NCBI GenBank assembly: GCA_018897555.1
Contig: JAHIKK010000112.1
Location: 12,275 to 76,274 of the forward strand
Reading direction: 5' to 3'
DNA from: Candidatus Omnitrophota bacterium
GTDB taxonomy: Bacteria > Omnitrophota > Gorgyraeia > Gygaellales > Profunditerraquicolaceae
DNA length: 64,000 nt
Both the position numbers and the translations under genes were made by a program. The notes under the pieces are model-generated. The model worked only from the letters and a program-made list of their open reading frames with translations. It did not search any database and was not told the origin of the DNA. Numbering within the stretch: position 1 is the first letter of the stretch; the number at the start of each line of letters is the position of its first letter. This document shows, piece after piece, positions 40,417-50,355 of the stretch.

Positions 40417-41782
40417 ATAACTGGATATATTTATCCGCCGAGACCTTCCAGGAAAAATTACATTCCATGGCATACTTGATCAAAGATCGCCATTTATTTT
40501 TATCTTTAAATACCAGCGTGGCTTTTTTAATTAATTTTAGCAATTCTTCTTTGGTGTATTGGCTAAAAATAAAACCATTATTCCTGCTGATGGTATCCGC
40601 CAAGCCGCCGGTTTTAAAAACCAACGGGATTGTTCCGTAATGTAAACTAATTAATTGCCCCAATCCACAGGGCTCATATTGAGACGGCATCAGGAAAATA
40701 TCGCTGCCGGCGTAAATCTTATGCGCCAGGGGATCATCAAATTTTAAATTTAATGAAATAACTTTTGGATATTTCAGGGCGGCGGACTTAAGAATTTTTT
40801 GATACTTCAGGTCTCCGGCTCCCAAAATAACTAATTGCACATCCAGCTTACAAAGATCATCTAAGGCTTCGGCAAAAATATCCAGGCCCTTCTGCTCGGC
40901 CAGGCGGGAAACCATTCCTAAAACGGGAATATCCTTATTCAGCGCTAGGCCGCATATTTTCTGTAAATCCTCTTTATTCAAGGCTTTATCTTCCGGGTTG
41001 GCTAGAGAAAAATTCTGCGCGATAAATCTGTCCGTATTCGGATCCCAAACAGAATAATCCACCCCATTTAAAATGCCGCTTAAAACCTCCTTACGCTGCC
41101 TTAAGAGCCCATCTAAACCAAATCCCAGCTTTTCGGTCTGAATCTCCTGAGCATAAGTGGGGCTAACCGTGTTGATAAAATCCGTAAACACCATTCCCCC
41201 TTTTAACAGGTTAACCTTATTGAAAAATTCAAAACCATCAATATCAAAAAGCTCCCAACCCAGGCCCAGCTTGGGAAATTCTTCTTTAGCGAAAATCCCC
41301 TGATAACCGATATTATGCAGAGTGAGAACGCAGCGCATCCGGCTATAAAAACTCATCTTTGCATACAAGTTCTTCAAATACCCCGCCACCAGGCTCGCCT
41401 CCCAGTCATGTAAATGCAAAATATCCGCGGGAAAATCTATCTCTTTTAATAAATCCAGCGCCCGGCGGCAGAAAAAAGCAAACCGCTCTAAATTATCCGG
41501 ATAATCACCGTTTTTATCCCCATACAGCCCATCACGGTTAAAATAAGCCTTATTTTCAATAAAGTAGACTTTAATATTTTTACCCATAACGCAAGTGGTT
41601 ACATCCTGGGCCACCCGGCTAATTTTAAACTTCGCCTCCGTAATACATTTATAACCGGGCATGATCACAATTATTTCATGCCCGCAATACTCCAAAGCTA
41701 AAGGCAAAGCTCCCGTCACATCCGCCAGCCCTCCGGTCTTAGCAAAAGGCACAACCTCCGAAGCCACCATCGCTATCTTCAT
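40394..41782 (-). CDS. glgA: Glycogen synthase (ADP-glucose type)
   Basis: KIAMVASEVVPFAKTGGLADV N-terminal signature; start trimmed to MKIAMV. Confidence 0.85.
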   Translation of the reverse strand: MKIAMVASEVVPFAKTGGLADVTGALPLALEYCGHEIIVIMPGYKCITEAKFKISRVAQDVTTCVMGKNIKVYFIENKAYFNRDGLYGDKNGDYPDNLERFAFFCRRALDLLKEIDFPADILHLHDWEASLVAGYLKNLYAKMSFYSRMRCVLTLHNIGYQGIFAKEEFPKLGLGWELFDIDGFEFFNKVNLLKGGMVFTDFINTVSPTYAQEIQTEKLGFGLDGLLRQRKEVLSGILNGVDYSVWDPNTDRFIAQNFSLANPEDKALNKEDLQKICGLALNKDIPVLGMVSRLAEQKGLDIFAEALDDLCKLDVQLVILGAGDLKYQKILKSAALKYPKVISLNLKFDDPLAHKIYAGSDIFLMPSQYEPCGLGQLISLHYGTIPLVFKTGGLADTISRNNGFIFSQYTKEELLKLIKKATLVFKDKNKWRSLIKYAMECNFSWKVSADKYIQLYGKAKKK

Positions 41783-44343
41783 TAAAGCACCTCTTCCCCT
41801 TCTGAAAATACGGACATCTTCAGCCAATTGGCTCCTGTTTTCATATCTACTTTTATCGGCACGCCTAATTTCATGACATTCTCCATTCGATCTTTAACTA
41901 ACCCCGTAAGTATATTTAATTCGGAAATCGGCAGGTCAAAAACCAATTCATCATGAATCTGTAAAATCATCTTGGCGGCTAAGCCCTTGTCTTTAATTTG
42001 CGCGGATATCTTAATCATTGCCAGCTTAATTAAATCGCTGGCTGTTCCCTGGATAGGGGTATTTACAGCTTGACGCTCAGCAAACTGCCGGATCCCCATG
42101 TTTTTATTATTAATTTCAGGGATATACCTTCTTCTTCCCAAAAGCGTGGTAACGAATCCTTCGCTTTTAGCCTTTTTTATCTGGGCATCAATATATTCTT
42201 TCACTTTAGGATAACGTAAAAAATAAGCATCGATAAAATCCTGCGCTTGATTGACCGGGATATCCAGATCCTTGCTCAAGCCATACGCGCTCTGGCCATA
42301 AATAATACCGAAATTTACTCTTTTGGCTACCTCGCGCATCGAGGATTCAACTTTTGATTCGGGGAGATTATAAATTAAAGAAGCCGTCAACCGGTGCACA
42401 TCCTGATCGCGGCTAAAGGCCTCAATCAGCGTAGGATCACCACAAAGATGCGCCAACACCCTTAATTCTATTTGTGAATAATCACAGGAAAGCAGGCAAT
42501 TCTTTTCACCGGAAGCAATAATCGCCTGCCTGATCTTACTGCCGATATCCGTCTTAATCGGTATATTCTGTAAATTAGGATTACTGGAACTTAACCTGCC
42601 TGTTTCGGTACCGGCCTGATTAAAAGAGGTATGCACCCTGCCGCTAGAAGGGTCTACTAGTTTAGGCAGAGCGTCGACATAAGTATTTTTTAATTTGGTC
42701 AACTGCCGATACTCCAGCAATAGAGCGGGTAAAGCATGTTTATCGCTTAAGCGCTTTAACACCTCTTCATCCGTAGAGGGCCCGGTTTTAGTTTTTTTAA
42801 TTACCGGAAGGCCCAACTTAACAAACAAAACCTCCCCCAGCTGTTTTGGCGAGTTGATGTTAAATTGCGTTCCACTTGCCTCATAAATATCCGAAATTAA
42901 CTTAATTAACCTGCGCTCAATATCAACGGAAAGATTTTTAAGCAACTCTAAATCCAACTTTATCCCGTCTTGCTCCATCTCTGCCAGAATGCTTACCAAG
43001 GGCATCTCCAGATCAAAGAAAAGCCTGGATAAATCTTTTTCTTCTAAGGCCTGCAAAAGAGGCGGCTTTAATCTGATGACCAAAGCCAATGCCTCTTTGG
43101 CTTCCAAAGACCCCTGGCGGATAAATTCACCTAAATTTTCCAACGCCAAGTCCTCCAGCGCATAACTTGTTCGCGATGGATTTAACAGATACGCGGCGAT
43201 CATAACATCAAAATCCAAGCCGTTTAAAATCAAGCCTTCCCTAAAAAGAGCGACTTTTAGTTTCTTAAGATCATGGCCTGTCTTCTTGATCCGAGGATCA
43301 GAAATTGCCAGGCGCAGGCCTGCTGCCTGGGCAAGCTTACCGCTAAAGAATTTATCATCGATGGCAAAAAATAGATCCTCAGCGCTTGATCCGTAAATGG
43401 CAATTTCATCGCAATGTTTAAGCATGGCGGTTAACTCCGCCTGATTACAGCTGCACAGGCTGGTTGGCGCGATTTTATCCGCCGCATCCGGAAGTTCACC
43501 GAGCAGCTTTTTAAACTCCAACTTCTTAAAAATGCCGGCGAGGCGGGAGTAATCCGGCTGTCCGGTTTTAGCCTTTTCTAAATCCAAATCTAAATCCAGC
43601 TCTTGATCCAGGCTGATCAACTCCCTATTTAATTTTATGCGCTGGCTATTGCTCTGGATCATTTCTTTAATTTTTTGAGGCTTTACTTTTGAAATATTCT
43701 TCAACAGCTTATCTAAAGAACCAAATTCTAAGATCAGTTTTTGGGCAGTTTTATCTCCAATCCCCGGAACCCCCGGGATATTATCCGCAGTATCGCCCAT
43801 CAGCGCGATAATATCTACCAGCCGCTCCGGAGCAACCCCGAAACGCTCCTTTACTTTAGCCAGGTCATAAAACACTCCGCTGTCTTTATTCGGGCTAAAT
43901 ACCGAAATACGTTTACCCACTAATTGCAGGATATCTTTATCGCTACTCACAATGGTCACCGCCAATGACCGCGAGGCGGCATCTTTGGCCAACTGAGCGA
44001 TGAGATCATCGGCTTCAAAACCTTCTTTTTCAAAAATAGGAATTCCGTAGGCTGCCACCACCTCTTTGATCAGAGGAATCTGGCTAATCAGGCTATCCGG
44101 CATTGCCGCCCGGTGCATCTTATATTGCGCGAATTTCTTCAGGCGGAAAGTGTTCCGCGATAAATCAAAACAGCAAACCAGATAATCCGGCTTCTGCTCT
44201 TTTAATACTTTATTCAGAATATTTATAAATCCATAAACCGCGTTTGTCTTCTGGCCGCTGGATGTGCTCAACTCCTTTAAGGCATAAAATGCCCGATAAC
44301 AAAATGCAGTGGCATCAATTAAGATTAAACTTTTTTCAGCCAT
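41782..44343 (-). CDS. polA: DNA polymerase I
   Basis: 5'-3' exonuclease N-terminus, polymerase A family motifs (RRxAKxxNFGxxYG, HDEL). Confidence 0.95.
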   Translation of the reverse strand: MAEKSLILIDATAFCYRAFYALKELSTSSGQKTNAVYGFINILNKVLKEQKPDYLVCCFDLSRNTFRLKKFAQYKMHRAAMPDSLISQIPLIKEVVAAYGIPIFEKEGFEADDLIAQLAKDAASRSLAVTIVSSDKDILQLVGKRISVFSPNKDSGVFYDLAKVKERFGVAPERLVDIIALMGDTADNIPGVPGIGDKTAQKLILEFGSLDKLLKNISKVKPQKIKEMIQSNSQRIKLNRELISLDQELDLDLDLEKAKTGQPDYSRLAGIFKKLEFKKLLGELPDAADKIAPTSLCSCNQAELTAMLKHCDEIAIYGSSAEDLFFAIDDKFFSGKLAQAAGLRLAISDPRIKKTGHDLKKLKVALFREGLILNGLDFDVMIAAYLLNPSRTSYALEDLALENLGEFIRQGSLEAKEALALVIRLKPPLLQALEEKDLSRLFFDLEMPLVSILAEMEQDGIKLDLELLKNLSVDIERRLIKLISDIYEASGTQFNINSPKQLGEVLFVKLGLPVIKKTKTGPSTDEEVLKRLSDKHALPALLLEYRQLTKLKNTYVDALPKLVDPSSGRVHTSFNQAGTETGRLSSSNPNLQNIPIKTDIGSKIRQAIIASGEKNCLLSCDYSQIELRVLAHLCGDPTLIEAFSRDQDVHRLTASLIYNLPESKVESSMREVAKRVNFGIIYGQSAYGLSKDLDIPVNQAQDFIDAYFLRYPKVKEYIDAQIKKAKSEGFVTTLLGRRRYIPEINNKNMGIRQFAERQAVNTPIQGTASDLIKLAMIKISAQIKDKGLAAKMILQIHDELVFDLPISELNILTGLVKDRMENVMKLGVPIKVDMKTGANWLKMSVFSEGEEVL

Positions 44344-44527
44344 TAATTAAATATTCAAGGAATTCAATATAAGGAAAGATGTTTTAGTGAGCCCGGCAAA
44401 AAAATAAACAGATAATGTTGCAATTACAGTAATTATGAGTTTAGGCGGGAAGAGATTATTCATTTAGCTGTTAACTATTATATACAATTAGCTGTATCCG
44501 TCAAGTAAAAAGCAAGAAAATTTTCGC

Positions 44528-47092
44528 CTAAATGATCGAATCCATGGTTAATACCGGATGCGCTACCTGTTTTAAAAAAACGAGAAGTTCTTCCAAACTA
44601 GTAGCTACGGATTCATCGGCAATCTTATCCAATAAATCCTCTTGCCCAATCTCCTGGGCCCTGGATTTTAGTTTGTCATGCAAAATTTCCTTTAACTCCT
44701 TGGGCATCCAGACCACTCTGGTTAGGCCGCCTTCAGCTGAAATAAATTTCTTACTTAAAATATATAACTTACCCACCCCCAAGAACCCCGGAGTCTGCAC
44801 CCCGCCGCCAACCAATCCGGCTAAAGTTGTAAAACTCATCCCACAAGGAGTGTTGCCGGAATAATCGCGGTGCACCAGCATTACCCCGTTGGCTTCCGGG
44901 AGAATAGCCACAATGCATTCAAAACATCCGCAGGAAGATTGCGGACTATCCATCAGCGAATACATACTTACCGCACTAATGGTTTGATTAGATTTTTGCT
45001 GGACGAATGCATTTATATTATCCCATTGGCCAAGCCGGGCATCCAGGAGATTACCTTTGAGAATAGGTTGATTGGGGCCGGTAGGGATAATTTCAAAAGA
45101 AGCTTTGGCATCCAGCCAGGAATATGCCCCGCATAAACCTAAGCGCTCCGGAGTAACCACGCAAACATGATTCGGGGCAAAGGATTGGCATAATAAACAG
45201 GAATAAAATGTATCCACGCTCTCATCAGTCATGCCGGCTAAGCGCTCATCGCGTTGATTATAAATTTGCTGTGCCTGGAGTGAAACTCTGGCTACATCCT
45301 CCTGCTGAGTATAAAGCTTAACCTGCACCTTATCCACAATCGCGCTGTACTCCGCATGTAACATCGCATGTAAAATAATCCCCAAATGTTTTAGCCGGAA
45401 ACCTTTACTATAAGCATCCTGGGATATTCTAATCCAGACCCTGTCGCGCTGGCCCATATGCATCAGGCCCATGCCATAATTAATAAAACGATGGATCTGC
45501 CTCTCTAATATTGACTCAAAATCTTTTTGCATTTTACGGCCAAAAACATCTACGACTATCGCCAAAGGTAAAGATTTAGTCCCTGGCGGCAACTGATCAA
45601 TATCCGGGCCAATCAATTCCACGCTACCATCAGTAATACTAACCTCATCACCGGAACTTAAAAACTCAATCGCCGCTCCGGCCTTACCTCCAAACTCCGC
45701 CGCCAATTGCTCCTTAAGCACACGCTCGCCTTCAAAGGCAGCAGCATAAGGCAGGGGAACAGGCACCTGCAACATTTTGACTTTAATCCCACGCGTCAAA
45801 ATACATTTAGAAGGTAATTTTCGATAATCCTTCTCCGTAACTAAGGCCTCAAATAAGGTGGTATCAATTTTACCTAATTGCGGCACATCCAGATCCGTAA
45901 TCACGGGCAGGCCAAAAGCCAGGGCCCCTAAACCTGTGGCCACTGAGAGTTCATCCACCTGGCCAAGCAGAAGGACAAATGCCAAAACACGATTGCGGAT
46001 ATAATCCGCTATCCCTTCCCACTGTCCGGGCTTATTACCACCGTAAATTAAGGGAACGCGGACCGCAAAATTAATCGCGTAAATCGCGGAAAGATAGTCA
46101 TCTCCTAATGCCACGATATAATTTTCTAAACCTAATTCCACCCCCTGATTTTGAAGTTGCTGCTTAAAAGTATTTCCCTTAATGTTGCCCGCCAGAAAAC
46201 TAACAATGCTTTTGGATTGAAAATCACGAATTAATTCCACAGCGGATTGATCATCCTTGGCCGGGCCCAAAATTACCGCAATTCCCGCGATCCTTCCGTC
46301 AACTAATTGCAGACCCAGCGACCGCAAAATCTTATCCGGAATAAAACCCCATCCCTCGGCAGGATGCTCTTGATTTAACACGGCTATGGCGGCTAAAATC
46401 TCCTCGCATATCAAAGTAGCCATACCCTGGTTTAATAAACCCCCTAAACTATTAATGAACAAACCGCTGGAGGCAGCCTGCTGATTAGCCAAAGCCTCTG
46501 CCTGATTAAAAGCCGCTAAACAATCTTGCAGGTTTTTTACCTGGATATTCAACAGGGCATTAATTAAAGGCAGGTAATAATTGGTTTCCGGAAACTCAAT
46601 TTTTACATTCTGGCCTTTTTGGCTGATTGCCCTATCCAGGGATTGACGCGTAAGATTTAATACGGCGAGAGTTCCTTTTGTCCCAAGTTCCGCGAGTAAT
46701 GGAGGCACTTGGCCTGCTTTAACCTGCCTTAAAGAGAGATCCGGCATGGCTTTATCTACAAAGATAACTAAACATACGCCGACGGCTTTGCCGTCTTTGA
46801 ATTTAACCGCTTCGGCTCTGCCCTCGCCGACAATCTCCTGGATCGGGTTAGGCATTACCTGAATATCCGCCGGTAACTGGCCGCTAAAGCTCTGCGTGTT
46901 GATAACCTTAACCGCAACCTTATATTTTTCACAAATTAATTTGGCTAATGGGAATACTACGCCGGTGGGCCCGTCAATGCAGACAGTATCGTTAATCAGA
47001 TAAGCGTCTAGCTTTTTTAAGTCATCTTCGGAGCTGATGAAAACAACGCCCTTTTTTCTTGCGCCGGGTATCTGCGGTAAGTTAAGCGCCAT
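44528..47092 (-). CDS. acsB: CO-methylating acetyl-CoA synthase catalytic subunit (AcsB/CdhC family), long form
   Basis: C-terminal half aligns closely to AcsB including the A-cluster ligand motif TDESVDTFYSCLLCQSFAPNHVCVVTPERLGLCGA ... SSCGCFECIVAILPE; 854 aa with a ~110-aa N-terminal extension. Confidence 0.85.
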   Translation of the reverse strand: MALNLPQIPGARKKGVVFISSEDDLKKLDAYLINDTVCIDGPTGVVFPLAKLICEKYKVAVKVINTQSFSGQLPADIQVMPNPIQEIVGEGRAEAVKFKDGKAVGVCLVIFVDKAMPDLSLRQVKAGQVPPLLAELGTKGTLAVLNLTRQSLDRAISQKGQNVKIEFPETNYYLPLINALLNIQVKNLQDCLAAFNQAEALANQQAASSGLFINSLGGLLNQGMATLICEEILAAIAVLNQEHPAEGWGFIPDKILRSLGLQLVDGRIAGIAVILGPAKDDQSAVELIRDFQSKSIVSFLAGNIKGNTFKQQLQNQGVELGLENYIVALGDDYLSAIYAINFAVRVPLIYGGNKPGQWEGIADYIRNRVLAFVLLLGQVDELSVATGLGALAFGLPVITDLDVPQLGKIDTTLFEALVTEKDYRKLPSKCILTRGIKVKMLQVPVPLPYAAAFEGERVLKEQLAAEFGGKAGAAIEFLSSGDEVSITDGSVELIGPDIDQLPPGTKSLPLAIVVDVFGRKMQKDFESILERQIHRFINYGMGLMHMGQRDRVWIRISQDAYSKGFRLKHLGIILHAMLHAEYSAIVDKVQVKLYTQQEDVARVSLQAQQIYNQRDERLAGMTDESVDTFYSCLLCQSFAPNHVCVVTPERLGLCGAYSWLDAKASFEIIPTGPNQPILKGNLLDARLGQWDNINAFVQQKSNQTISAVSMYSLMDSPQSSCGCFECIVAILPEANGVMLVHRDYSGNTPCGMSFTTLAGLVGGGVQTPGFLGVGKLYILSKKFISAEGGLTRVVWMPKELKEILHDKLKSRAQEIGQEDLLDKIADESVATSLEELLVFLKQVAHPVLTMDSII

Positions 47093-47962
47093 CTATAATC
47101 CACTTGCCTTTAAAACTTCGGGCACAAGCTTATCCCAGCCAATGGGCATAATATGAATTCCCCGGCACAGCGGTTTTAATTGCTTAATTAAACGGCTGGC
47201 AATCTCTATGGAAGTAGCCGCCTTATCTTTACTTTGCTCCATCTCTAAAACCAAATCCTCCGGCACATAAATGCCGGCAACATTTTTATTCATGTAGCGA
47301 GCCATACCTGCGGACTTCAACAAAACAATACCCGCAATAATCGGAACTTTAACCTCTTTGATCTTGGAAATAAAGTTCTCAAAAATTTTTATATCAAAAA
47401 CTGCCTGGGTTTGGAAAAATTCAGCTCCGGCGGCAATTTTTTTCTCCAGCTTCATGATCTGCGGGGCTAACGGGTCTGAGCCGGGATTAACTACCGCGCC
47501 AATACAGAATTTTGGCGGATTACCCTCTAGTTTATTATCCTGCATATCAAAACCGGTTTCTAATTTCCTGGCCACCTGTAATAATTGCACTGAATCTAAA
47601 TCAAAAACCGGCTTGGCCTGCGGATGATCCCCTAAACTAGGATGGTCTCCGGTGGCAATGAGAACATTCTGAATTCCTAAAGCCGCCGCAGAAAGTAAAT
47701 CTGATTGCAGGGCCAGGCGGTTACGGTCGCGGCAGGTGAGCTGATAAATCGGCTCAAAACCCTTCTGCTTAAGCAGAAAGCTCACGGTTAATGACCCCAG
47801 GCGCATTACGGAGCTCTGTAAATCCGTAACATTAATCGCATCGACTTTGTTACGAATAAGCTCAGCATCCTGCAACAACCTCTCAGTATGGATCCCTTTG
47901 TCCGGGCCAACCTCAGAAGTAACCAAAAATTTCCCTGCCTGTATTTTTTCTTTAAAAGTCAT
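47093..47962 (-). CDS. metF: 5,10-methylenetetrahydrofolate reductase
   Basis: MetF TIM-barrel sequence; adjacent to acsB. Confidence 0.85.
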   Translation of the reverse strand: MTFKEKIQAGKFLVTSEVGPDKGIHTERLLQDAELIRNKVDAINVTDLQSSVMRLGSLTVSFLLKQKGFEPIYQLTCRDRNRLALQSDLLSAAALGIQNVLIATGDHPSLGDHPQAKPVFDLDSVQLLQVARKLETGFDMQDNKLEGNPPKFCIGAVVNPGSDPLAPQIMKLEKKIAAGAEFFQTQAVFDIKIFENFISKIKEVKVPIIAGIVLLKSAGMARYMNKNVAGIYVPEDLVLEMEQSKDKAATSIEIASRLIKQLKPLCRGIHIMPIGWDKLVPEVLKASGL

Positions 47963-47977
47963 TTAATTATTTTTCTT

Positions 47978-47998
47978 AACATAATACTACATTATGTT
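47978..47998. promoter_or_regulatory. Perfect inverted repeat aacataat-N5-attatgtt upstream of metF (candidate operator)
   Basis: 8-bp arms, 5-nt spacer, 16-36 nt upstream of the metF start. Confidence 0.3.
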
Positions 47999-48112
47999 AT
48001 ATTTTTATTGCAAGCTGAAGTAATTCAGAGTTACGTATACACGCGAACCCGTTCTCACGAGCGGGTTCTTCGCTTTCTAGAGACTAAATACCATCTCCCA
48101 AAATCGATATAC

Positions 48113-48460
48113 TTAAAATCCCATCGCCTTCCCAAGATTCTTTTGTACCTTCTGGAGGTCTTGCTGTAATAGAGCCCCTAATTTATGAATTATCATGCTA
48201 TCTTTTATTGTTCGCATAATCCCTGTAACCAAAGATGGGTAGATAAGTCCTGTCTCTTCCCATTTATCTATTTTGGTATCACCAAATAACACCCTTTTTA
48301 TATTCCCGGTGATAGCCGCAACGATTACCTCTTGTCGTCCATTATGATAATTATCACTACTTATTATTAAGGCAGGCCTTTTCTTAGATCCGATTCCTTC
48401 GGAAAAACCAAAATCAACGAGAACTATATCTCCCCGTTTATATTTTATCATACGCGGCAT
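48113..48460 (-). CDS. mazF: MazF/PemK-family type II toxin (mRNA interferase)
   Basis: RGDIVLVDFGFSEGIGSKKRPALIIS...GRQEVIVAAITG PemK/MazF signature. Confidence 0.8.
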   Translation of the reverse strand: MPRMIKYKRGDIVLVDFGFSEGIGSKKRPALIISSDNYHNGRQEVIVAAITGNIKRVLFGDTKIDKWEETGLIYPSLVTGIMRTIKDSMIIHKLGALLQQDLQKVQKNLGKAMGF

Positions 48461-48689
48461 CCTTTTCGTTATTCCATAATTCCTTTAAAATAGGATCTTG
48501 CTTTAAATTCATAGTTAAAGCTGATAATTCTTTCTCTTCTCCTTCTTGACGTAAACGCTCCAGCACGCTTTCCACGACATATTCCCGGATTGTTTCACCA
48601 TGAAGAGCCGCGTAGGCTTTTATTCTCCTATGCTCTTCAGGGAGCACATCAATGCTTAATCTCTCTCGCGCCATCTCTGCTTTCGCCAT
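48438..48689 (-). CDS. Ribbon-helix-helix antitoxin partner of MazF
   Basis: MAKAEMARERLSIDVLPEEHRRIKAYAALHGETIREYVVESVLERL RHH fold; overlaps toxin start by 23 nt; start trimmed from the longer track ORF. Confidence 0.65.
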   Translation of the reverse strand: MAKAEMARERLSIDVLPEEHRRIKAYAALHGETIREYVVESVLERLRQEGEEKELSALTMNLKQDPILKELWNNEKDAAYDKI

Positions 48690-48855
48690 ATTTAACACCC
48701 CCCTGGTATAAATATACACTATTTCAGTAAATGTGTCAAGACACAAATGTTGATTAATTAATCCTGCTGCTTTGACTAAAACGCCATTCACTCGAAGACT
48801 GCCAGATTCATTCTAAAACCTAGAAACATTTCTATAAGATAAGTATCGTGTCCCC

Positions 48856-48871
48856 AGAATTGCGCAATTCT
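48856..48871. promoter_or_regulatory. Perfect 16-bp palindrome agaattgcgcaattct
   Basis: Zero-spacer palindrome overlapping the stop codon of the 163-aa membrane protein gene, upstream of the TA promoter region. Confidence 0.25.
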
Positions 48872-49361
48872 ACCTACCAATAACTGTTCTATAAAATAAC
48901 ATATAACTAATAATAATATACGACGCAGTATTTGCTATCCAAACTGCTCGTTTTATCTTTATCTTATCTATTGGCTTAAAATATTTTTTCACTATAAAAT
49001 ATTCAATAAATACAGTTAAAAAATAAAGTACGACTAATTCTGGTATATAAATAACCCAATTATTTAATCCTGATCTCCATATAAATGCTTTAACAAAAAA
49101 AATGGGTACGCCAACTAATGTTGAGATAAAATTTGCAACAATCGATGGAAAAAAGGTTTCTTTAAACCTAATTTTTAATACCCATTTATATATAAAAGCC
49201 TCTAATAGCATTACAAAGACTAAAACTTGTAACATCAATAATGGAATATCAAGTAACACTACAGGAATTCCCGCATCTGCGTAAGCAACAGAGGTAATCA
49301 AAGTAAAACAAAAAAATATAAATATTATTTTATTTTTAACAAGATTTTTATAACTATCCAT
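48870..49361 (-). CDS. Hypothetical multi-pass membrane protein, very AT-rich
   Basis: 163 aa, signal/TM segments; local GC far below neighbours. Confidence 0.45.
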   Translation of the reverse strand: MDSYKNLVKNKIIFIFFCFTLITSVAYADAGIPVVLLDIPLLMLQVLVFVMLLEAFIYKWVLKIRFKETFFPSIVANFISTLVGVPIFFVKAFIWRSGLNNWVIYIPELVVLYFLTVFIEYFIVKKYFKPIDKIKIKRAVWIANTASYIIISYMLFYRTVIGR

Positions 49362-49397
49362 TCTCTCCTCTTAGTTAAGATTTTCGGCTTTTGCTGG

Positions 49398-49527
49398 AGG
49401 CACAGTTAGAAGATTTTCGGCAATAGTGTGCAAGGAATTACGTCGAGCGTAGGCTGTGTCCTTTTAGCGTAAGGAACATAGCCGGAGCGAGACGTAAGCC
49501 GCAGCACACGGCGAAAATCTTCGTGCC
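49398..49527. repeat. ~130-nt GC-rich imperfect palindromic element (MITE-like or structured RNA)
   Basis: Arms ggcac..gaagattttcggcaatagtgtgc and gcagcacacggcgaaaatcttc..gtgcc pair over ~25 bp; plus direct repeat of aagattttcggc at 49375 and 49409. Confidence 0.35.
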
Positions 49528-49557
49528 GGAAGCAAGAGCCGGAAATCGCAAGTACAT

Positions 49558-50355
49558 CTATTGCTGCGCGACAGCTGCCTCGACCAGGTTGCGCATAAGA
49601 ATAGCTACGGTCAAGGGGCCAACTCCTCCGGGTACAGGAGTAATGTAGCTGGCCTTTTTTTCCGCTGCTTCAAATTCCACATCTCCGACAATCTTATCGC
49701 CTACGCGGTTAATCCCGACATCAATGACCACCGCACCCTCCTTAATCCATTCCCCCTTAATTAATCCGGCTTTGCCTACGGCCACAATCAAAACTTCAGC
49801 GTGCCGGACATGCTCTTCTAACTTGCCCGCCTTGCTTGTGCCAATATGACAAACAGTAACCGTAGCCAATTTATCCAACAACAAAAATACCAAAGGTTTA
49901 CCCACTGTTTCGCTATGGCCCACCACCACCACTTCCTTGCCATATAAATCCACGCCGCTAGTTTTAATTAATTCCATCACCGCGGCCGCCACCGGAGAAT
50001 TCACCCCTTCAATATCTTTATTCCGCAAAATAAACCGGCGAATCGACTCACCATCTATTTGTTTAGGTAAAGGCATCTGAATGCTAATGCCATGCACATG
50101 CTTATCGTTGTTTAATTTCTGAATGAGTTCAACTACCTGGCTTTCAGTTGCCTCTTCAGGCAAAACGCGCAAACAATATTCAATCCCAAGTTCACCGGCT
50201 AACCTCTGCTGTGACTTTGCGTAACTCATTGCCCCGGGATTTTCACCGATCAGAATACTGGCTAAAACCGGAGGCTGTTTTAAACCGCGCACAGTGAGGC
50301 GTAATTCTTCCTTTATTTTTTCAGCGATAGGCTTACCCTCTAATAACTTTGCCAA
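49558..50355 (-). CDS. folD: Bifunctional 5,10-methylene-THF dehydrogenase / 5,10-methenyl-THF cyclohydrolase
   Basis: FolD signature (GHSETVGKPL, PVPGGVGP). Confidence 0.9.
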   Translation of the reverse strand: MAKLLEGKPIAEKIKEELRLTVRGLKQPPVLASILIGENPGAMSYAKSQQRLAGELGIEYCLRVLPEEATESQVVELIQKLNNDKHVHGISIQMPLPKQIDGESIRRFILRNKDIEGVNSPVAAAVMELIKTSGVDLYGKEVVVVGHSETVGKPLVFLLLDKLATVTVCHIGTSKAGKLEEHVRHAEVLIVAVGKAGLIKGEWIKEGAVVIDVGINRVGDKIVGDVEFEAAEKKASYITPVPGGVGPLTVAILMRNLVEAAVAQQ

